DNA from: Alphaproteobacteria bacterium
GTDB lineage: Bacteria > Pseudomonadota > Alphaproteobacteria > UBA828
Length of the DNA stretch: 64,000 nucleotides
Direction: 5' to 3'
Assembly (NCBI GenBank): GCA_965221125.1
Contig: CBDCRW010000005.1
Span: forward strand, 32,001 to 96,000
In this document: positions 58,939 through 64,000 of the stretch, piece after piece
How the letters are laid out: every line of letters starts with the position of its first letter
Position numbering within the stretch: the stretch's first letter is position 1
The notes under the pieces: generated by a model
Database searches by the model: none
Seen by the model: the letters and a program-made list of their open reading frames with translations, nothing else
What the model was told of the DNA's origin: nothing
Program-made: the position numbers and the translations under genes

Positions 58939-59290
58939 TTAGACGAGGGGCGTGCGCACTGCACGACAGAGCGGCAAGTGATGCGAAAGCGGGCGGCTGA
59001 GGATCGACGGCGCAGGGAACACGTGGGCGCTCTCCGAGCGTGGCTGCCTCCCAAGAATGGCGCGTGCTGGCGCATTGAGAATGACCCGCCTCGGTCCGGA
59101 CTTGGCGTCGACGAGACTGAGCGTGTCGCTGCCCACATCCTGCCAGCACAGGGCTACGGATTCGGTCTTCCGGTAGCCGGTCAGCAACAGAAGGAGGATG
59201 AAATCTGCCTGCCGCGCGCGACGGTCGCGCGTCATCGTGGTGATCCAGCATCCCATGGAGTCGACACACCTCCTCGCGCGAAAGTAAGCG
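58939..59290 (-). pseudogene. Degenerate tyrosine integrase fragment
   Basis: LLLLTGYRKTE..L.W.DV..L.L.DAKSGPRRV.LNAPA..VFP. Confidence 0.7.
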
Positions 59291-59540
59291 GGTGAGCGTG
59301 GCACCGGGTGGACGTGGGGACCTGACCGCGCTGCCGCCCGCCTGCCGTGCCTCCGCCCCGCGACCGGCGATAGCCGGCGCCGGCCGACCCTGTCGATCCT
59401 CCCGCAGCCCGCGGGTCGGGAAGGTTCACCAACACCCGCTCGGCCTTCACGACGACGATTCGGGCGAGGATGATCCGAGGCGGCAGCGAAAGAAGCAGGG
59501 CACCTGGTGCTGCGGAAGCACGAGCGCGGCCAGGCTTCCT

Positions 59541-62500
59541 CTACAGTTCCAGCTCGAACTCGTACTCGTAGGTCTTCTCGCGCTTCGGCCGCGCAGGCGG
59601 AGCAGGCCGTCGATCGGCCGGGGCGAGGTCGCCGTCCCTGGCACGCTCCTTCGGCTCCGGTGCGCGCGAGCTTCGCTCTCGCTGTCGCAAGGGCTCTGCG
59701 TCCAGTTCCTGCGGCTCGCGCGCCGCTTCGTCCCTGGCCTTGCCGTCCCTCGCCGGGCCGTCCGGCGGCGACGGCGCGATGGCTTCGAGCGCGGCGATGC
59801 GCTCTCCCGTCGCCGCCTCCAGGCGCTCGCGCAGCGCGCGGCGGTCGTCGGTCACGAGCTCGGCATGAAGGCGCGCGCGGCTGATCTCCACGTAGAAAGT
59901 CTTCTGGGTGGTCAGGTGGGCGTGGTCCGCTTCCATCGCCGCGATCACCCGGTCCACGGTGCGGCCCTGGAAAGCATGCACGGTCGCCGCCCAGGCCCGG
60001 TCGACATGGCGCAGCTGGGGATCGCTTTTGGGCAGCGTCAGCGCCCGGCCGTCCTCCAGTCGGAGCTCAACAGCGGCGTCGCCGACCGCCGTCACCTCCG
60101 CCGTGCCGCTGTTCACCAGCCCGTGCCTCCTGTCGTTGCGGGTCCAGCATACGCGGTCGCCCCCGCGAAGCTCCATGGCGTCCACGGCGTAGACCTCCAC
60201 CCCGCCGCGTCGTGCCGCCAGCCTCGCGGGTTCCCAGGCGACGGCCGTGCCGTGCCTGCCCTGGAGCGTCACCACACCCGCCGCCCGGTCGACACCGGCG
60301 ACGCAGAGCTCGTCGCCCTTGTCGACCCCGAGACGCTTGTAGGGGCGGTGGAAGGCCACGACGTCACCGGGGACGTAGTTGGCAGCGAGCGCCTTCTCCG
60401 CATTGGTATAGCCGCGCGAGACCAGCTTCTCGCCGTCCATCGCAGGCCCGTCGACGATGCCGTCGCGGATCAGGCGCTCGCGGACGATGGCATTGATCTT
60501 CTCCCTCAGCGCATGGCTGGGGGCCATCAGCCCCGTGGCCTCCCGCTCTTCTGCCGAGAGCGCAAGCCAGCGCGCGGCCGCAGCCCCCGCGAGATTGTCC
60601 GCCTTCACCTCCGCGACGTTATCGCCGAGCTTTTGGAAGGCCCGGTGGATGTCGCCTGCGAGGCTGGCCTCGACGGCCTCTTTCAGCGCCAGCTCACGCT
60701 GGCGAACGATCTCGTCCATCGTCGCGCACGTCATGCCGGCGGCCTGCAGCTGCGCGAAGGGCTTGCCGGCATCGACGGCATCGAGCTGCTTCTCGTCGCC
60801 CACCAGCACCACGCGGGGAATGCGGAGCGTGTCGGCGATCCTGAGCAGGTCGCGCGCCTGCGCGGTGGAGGCGAGGGAGCCCTCGTCCACCACCAGCACG
60901 GTCTTGCGGAACCGTGCCCTCATGGCCCGCTCGCCCTTGCGGGAGAGCCGGCCTTCCGCGACGCCCGCGTTGCGGGCGAGGAAGCCCTGCAGGGTCTCGC
61001 TCGCAATGCCGGCCTCGGCATCCAGGGTGCGCGCGGCAGAGGCCGACGGCGCCAGGCCCCTGACCTCGAAGCCGCGCTTCTCCAGCAATGCGCGCGCCCG
61101 GTTCAGCATTGTGGTCTTGCCGGTTCCCGCATAGCCCTGCACGCCCACGACGCGATCCTTGTCGGACAGGATCAGCTTCACGGCCTGCTTCTGCCCGGCC
61201 GTGAGAGGGCCGTTGCGGAGCGCCTTGTCGACGGCGCGCCCGCGCATGGGAGCAGCACCCCGACCCTGTCCGCGTTCCATGAGGGCAATGGTCTCGCGCT
61301 CGTCGGCGACGGTCCTGTCGGTGGTGAGCGAATCCCCCGGCACGGGGTAGTCCGCAGCCAGCAGGGTGCCGGCCTTCTGGAGCCGCGTGACGGCGGCCTC
61401 CGCCTCGCCGATGCTCACCTTGCCGGGATTCCAGGCGAGGGTCGAGGTGAGGAGATCGGTTCGCGAGAATACCGCCCCTCTCTCGGAGAGGTGCGCCACG
61501 GCCCAGGCGGCCGCCCGGTCCACTTCCGCCGTCGTACCAGGCTCCGCCTCCCGGTGCTGGCCTGCACGGGCGAGGGGTCGGTCTCCACAGGCCGCCTGCC
61601 GGTGCCGGGCCTCGTCGACGAACTCGCGAGCATCGAAGCCCAGTTCCGAGGCCTGTCTCTGCCAGCTCTCGCGCAGGGCGACCCTGTCCACCTCGCGCTT
61701 GTGGGCGCGGGTCATCAGCGCCGCGCGCGCCGCCAGATGGGGATTGCTTCCGGGATCGCCCTGGCCGCGCGCGTCCATCGCCGCCTCGATCTCGGCACGC
61801 CTGGTGGAGAAGGCCTCGACGATGGACCGCGATACGGGGGAACGCCCCGGTACAGGGGAACGCCCTGGTGCAGGGGAACGCCCTGGTGCACCCGCAATCT
61901 CGAACCGCCCGTCCGCGTGGGTCTTCTCGATGCCGTAGCCGAGCTCCTCCAGGCCTCTCGCCAGCTCGGCGCGGTAGAGCGCACCGATCAGCATCTTGGA
62001 CGCATAGAGCTTCTCGTTGGCCATGGTGCGCCACTTGGCGGAGCGGGGCGTTCCCCCGGACCGGGGTGTTCCCCCGTCCTGGCCCTGCACCATGTTCGCA
62101 ATCACCGCATGCGTGTGGAGCTGTGGATCGAGATTGCGCGAGACTTCGTGGCGGAAGGTGGCGATCACCGCCTTCTGGTCGCCGGTGCGCACCATGCGGC
62201 CGCTGTCTGCATCCATCGTCCTGGTCTCGACCGCGTTCTTCTCGATCCAGGCGAGGGTCTTGCGGACAGCGGCGTCGTGGGCGGCGACGATGCGCTCGTC
62301 GCCGCCGATCAGGGCCGCGATGGACACGGACTTGGGCGCGGAGAAGGTGACGTCACGGCCGGGGCGGTGGTCGATCGTGCCGTCCCCCAGCCTGCGGCCG
62401 AGCCGGCGGCCGGAGCCGTCGGGGACTTCGCCCGCGAGGATGTCGCTGAAGACGTCCGGATCGACCGACCCGGAGAGCCCCAGAGCGTCCGCGCCCCTGC

Positions 62501-62615
62501 CCGCCCAGGCGCTGGCCTCCCTGTGCGCCGGATCTTCCTTCGCGTAGTAGCCATCTCTCTCATAGTAAGAGACGCCCTGGGCGGGCGAGGCGATGGCGCC
62601 GATCGAGGCGACCAT
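59541..62615 (-). CDS. MOBF relaxase-helicase (TrwC/TraI-like)
   Basis: SYYERDGYY, DVTFSAPKSVS, HEVSRNLDPQLHTHAVIAN, FSTRRAEI, GYAGTGKTT, VDEGS. Confidence 0.95.
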   Translation of the reverse strand: MVASIGAIASPAQGVSYYERDGYYAKEDPAHREASAWAGRGADALGLSGSVDPDVFSDILAGEVPDGSGRRLGRRLGDGTIDHRPGRDVTFSAPKSVSIAALIGGDERIVAAHDAAVRKTLAWIEKNAVETRTMDADSGRMVRTGDQKAVIATFRHEVSRNLDPQLHTHAVIANMVQGQDGGTPRSGGTPRSAKWRTMANEKLYASKMLIGALYRAELARGLEELGYGIEKTHADGRFEIAGAPGRSPAPGRSPVPGRSPVSRSIVEAFSTRRAEIEAAMDARGQGDPGSNPHLAARAALMTRAHKREVDRVALRESWQRQASELGFDAREFVDEARHRQAACGDRPLARAGQHREAEPGTTAEVDRAAAWAVAHLSERGAVFSRTDLLTSTLAWNPGKVSIGEAEAAVTRLQKAGTLLAADYPVPGDSLTTDRTVADERETIALMERGQGRGAAPMRGRAVDKALRNGPLTAGQKQAVKLILSDKDRVVGVQGYAGTGKTTMLNRARALLEKRGFEVRGLAPSASAARTLDAEAGIASETLQGFLARNAGVAEGRLSRKGERAMRARFRKTVLVVDEGSLASTAQARDLLRIADTLRIPRVVLVGDEKQLDAVDAGKPFAQLQAAGMTCATMDEIVRQRELALKEAVEASLAGDIHRAFQKLGDNVAEVKADNLAGAAAARWLALSAEEREATGLMAPSHALREKINAIVRERLIRDGIVDGPAMDGEKLVSRGYTNAEKALAANYVPGDVVAFHRPYKRLGVDKGDELCVAGVDRAAGVVTLQGRHGTAVAWEPARLAARRGGVEVYAVDAMELRGGDRVCWTRNDRRHGLVNSGTAEVTAVGDAAVELRLEDGRALTLPKSDPQLRHVDRAWAATVHAFQGRTVDRVIAAMEADHAHLTTQKTFYVEISRARLHAELVTDDRRALRERLEAATGERIAALEAIAPSPPDGPARDGKARDEAAREPQELDAEPLRQRERSSRAPEPKERARDGDLAPADRRPAPPARPKREKTYEYEFELEL
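61836..61889 (+). repeat. 3 x 18-bp in-frame tandem repeat in the relaxase
   Basis: RGGGGAACGCCCYGGTRC x3, encoding APGRSP APGRSP VPGRSP. Confidence 0.9.
62040..62075 (-). repeat. 2 x 18-bp in-frame tandem repeat in the relaxase
   Basis: GGGGGAACRCCCCGSTCC x2 on the minus strand, encoding GGTPRS GGTPRS. Confidence 0.9.
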
Positions 62616-62616
62616 T

Positions 62617-64000
62617 TCAGAATTTGACCCAGGGCGGCAGCGTCTTCTTCTCTTCCGCCGGCGTGCCGGTCGCCGCCTTCTCCGTGCCTTCGCCTGACGA
62701 GGACGCGGCTCGATTGCCGTCAGGGTCGGCAGCGGCCGACCCCTGGGGCAGCCGCTCCTGTCCGTTCCGCGCATCGTCGCCGTCAGGCCGGGATTTTCCG
62801 ACCTGCGCTTCCTCTGCCGTTTCCGGCGCACCGGCTTCGCCGGGTGCCCCATCGCCGGCCAGGTGCGTCAGTCGCGCCGGCGGTTCGCCGGCAAAGCCCG
62901 GATCGTGGCTGTCGTCCGGCCTCGGCACGAAGCGCACCGCGACGATGTCCCGCTTGCGGTACTTCAGCCTGATCCTGGTCACCGGCAATTCGCCGGGGAA
63001 CTTCAGAAAGCCGGACAGGTTCTCAAGACGCGACACTTCGGAGGGCAGCACCAACGCACGCTCTTCGCGCCTCGTGCTCAGCGTCACGCCGCCGTGCGCG
63101 GTCTCGTAGCTCACGCCCTCGGAGAGAGTCTCGACCTCCACCTTGCCCAAGCTCTCCGCCGACCACTCGGACGTGTCCTTGTCGGGCGACGCCAACACGA
63201 CCCGGGTGCCGCACAGCCCCGAGATCGTCTGCGCAAGGTCGCGCCCGTAGAGGTCGCGCAGAGCGGAGAACACCTGCACGCCGAGCACGAAGCAGCCCCC
63301 GTACTGTCGGCTCTCCGCAAGGCCGGACCCGAGGCTCGGGAGCTGGTGCAACGTCGGCAGCTCGTCCAGGATCACCCAGATGCGGCGTGAATCGGAGCGC
63401 GACAGCGAGAGCAGCGAGTTGACCGCGATCTCCAGCCAGGTGGAGATCAGCCCCCGCAGACTCGCGTGCTGGTCGCCCCGCGACGTGAGAAACAGGCAGC
63501 CGCCACTTCCCTCGTGCTCGATCCACTTCCTGATGGAGAAGGGGTCGCCCTCGTCGGGCAGCACCTCCATGGCGCCGATGTTGGCGGTGAGCATGGCGCG
63601 AACCGAGAGCGCCGTCTTCGGGTTGGCGAGATCGACGATGGACTGGGTCACGGTGCCCTCCATGGCCTCCGCGAGTTCGCTCAGATCGGTCTTGAGCAGA
63701 CGGTCCACCAGCACCCGGTTGCGTGTCTCTCCCCGTTGCCAGAGCACGGCCGCGCCATGAGAGAAGAGCTGGCGTGCGGCAGTGATCCAGAAGGGATCGG
63801 CGGCGTCCTTCTGGCGGGGGATCAGCGCCGCCGCCATCGTGTCGAAGTCCAGCGCGGTGCGGGCCTCGAGGAAGGGCGACCAGCGCGGCGCGCGGTCGTC
63901 GAGGGGATTGAGCAGGACGTCCCGGCGCTTGTCGAAGAAGGTTTCGGTATAGCTCCCCATCTTGTCGTAGATGACGCAATGCTCGCCCCGGCTGCGGATT
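62617..64000 (-). CDS. Type IV coupling protein (TraD/TrwB-like), 5' end beyond the window
   Basis: VIYDKMGSY, LNPLDDR..WSPF, DPFW..AAR, WVILDELPTL, SRQYGGCFVLGVQ. Confidence 0.92.
   Translation of the reverse strand, partial: IRSRGEHCVIYDKMGSYTETFFDKRRDVLLNPLDDRAPRWSPFLEARTALDFDTMAAALIPRQKDAADPFWITAARQLFSHGAAVLWQRGETRNRVLVDRLLKTDLSELAEAMEGTVTQSIVDLANPKTALSVRAMLTANIGAMEVLPDEGDPFSIRKWIEHEGSGGCLFLTSRGDQHASLRGLISTWLEIAVNSLLSLSRSDSRRIWVILDELPTLHQLPSLGSGLAESRQYGGCFVLGVQVFSALRDLYGRDLAQTISGLCGTRVVLASPDKDTSEWSAESLGKVEVETLSEGVSYETAHGGVTLSTRREERALVLPSEVSRLENLSGFLKFPGELPVTRIRLKYRKRDIVAVRFVPRPDDSHDPGFAGEPPARLTHLAGDGAPGEAGAPETAEEAQVGKSRPDGDDARNGQERLPQGSAAADPDGNRAASSSGEGTEKAATGTPAEEKKTLPPWVKF

Noticed and set aside
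61836-62075. Type I-E CRISPR remnant (GTGTTCCCC similarity)
   Set aside because: 18-bp contiguous units with no spacers, in frame inside the relaxase
59292-62627. 1111-aa plus-strand ORF
   Set aside because: Antisense shadow of the relaxase in high-GC DNA; the same applies to 14003-16003, 30962-32959 and 51347-53866

Overview
High-GC, alphaproteobacterial-looking DNA with two parts. (1) 1-~18.2 kb is core chromosome: a urea/amide ABC transporter (urtABC-like), gshB, a SirB1-like gene, two BON lipoproteins, yraN, rsmI, an LpoA-like activator, a general L-amino-acid ABC transporter (aapJQMP), and EamA and ELM1-like genes. One ISAs1 element is inserted here with a 10-bp target duplication. (2) ~18.3-64 kb is a nested, partly decayed conjugative-element-like island. 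It holds toxin-antitoxin genes, integrase remnants, and two near-identical IS110/IS1111 copies whose right non-coding end contains guide sequences matching their shared 11-bp target. It also holds an 8.8-kb cassette with three tyrosine recombinases, RecD2 and SSB between lox/dif-like ends; toprim and DUF2493 genes; a 273-bp highly structured non-coding element; IS256; and a 4.6-kb four-gene DDE/ExeA/RepA-helicase transposon that splits an SF1 helicase-endonuclease gene. Further right are a barbiturase pseudogene, a RutR-like regulator facing an operon of a uracil-DNA-glycosylase-fold protein, a GMC oxidoreductase, NIPSNAP and a nucleoside ABC importer, and finally a MOBF relaxase and coupling protein. 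No rRNA, tRNA or CRISPR array was seen. All family assignments are by motif recognition, without database searches.
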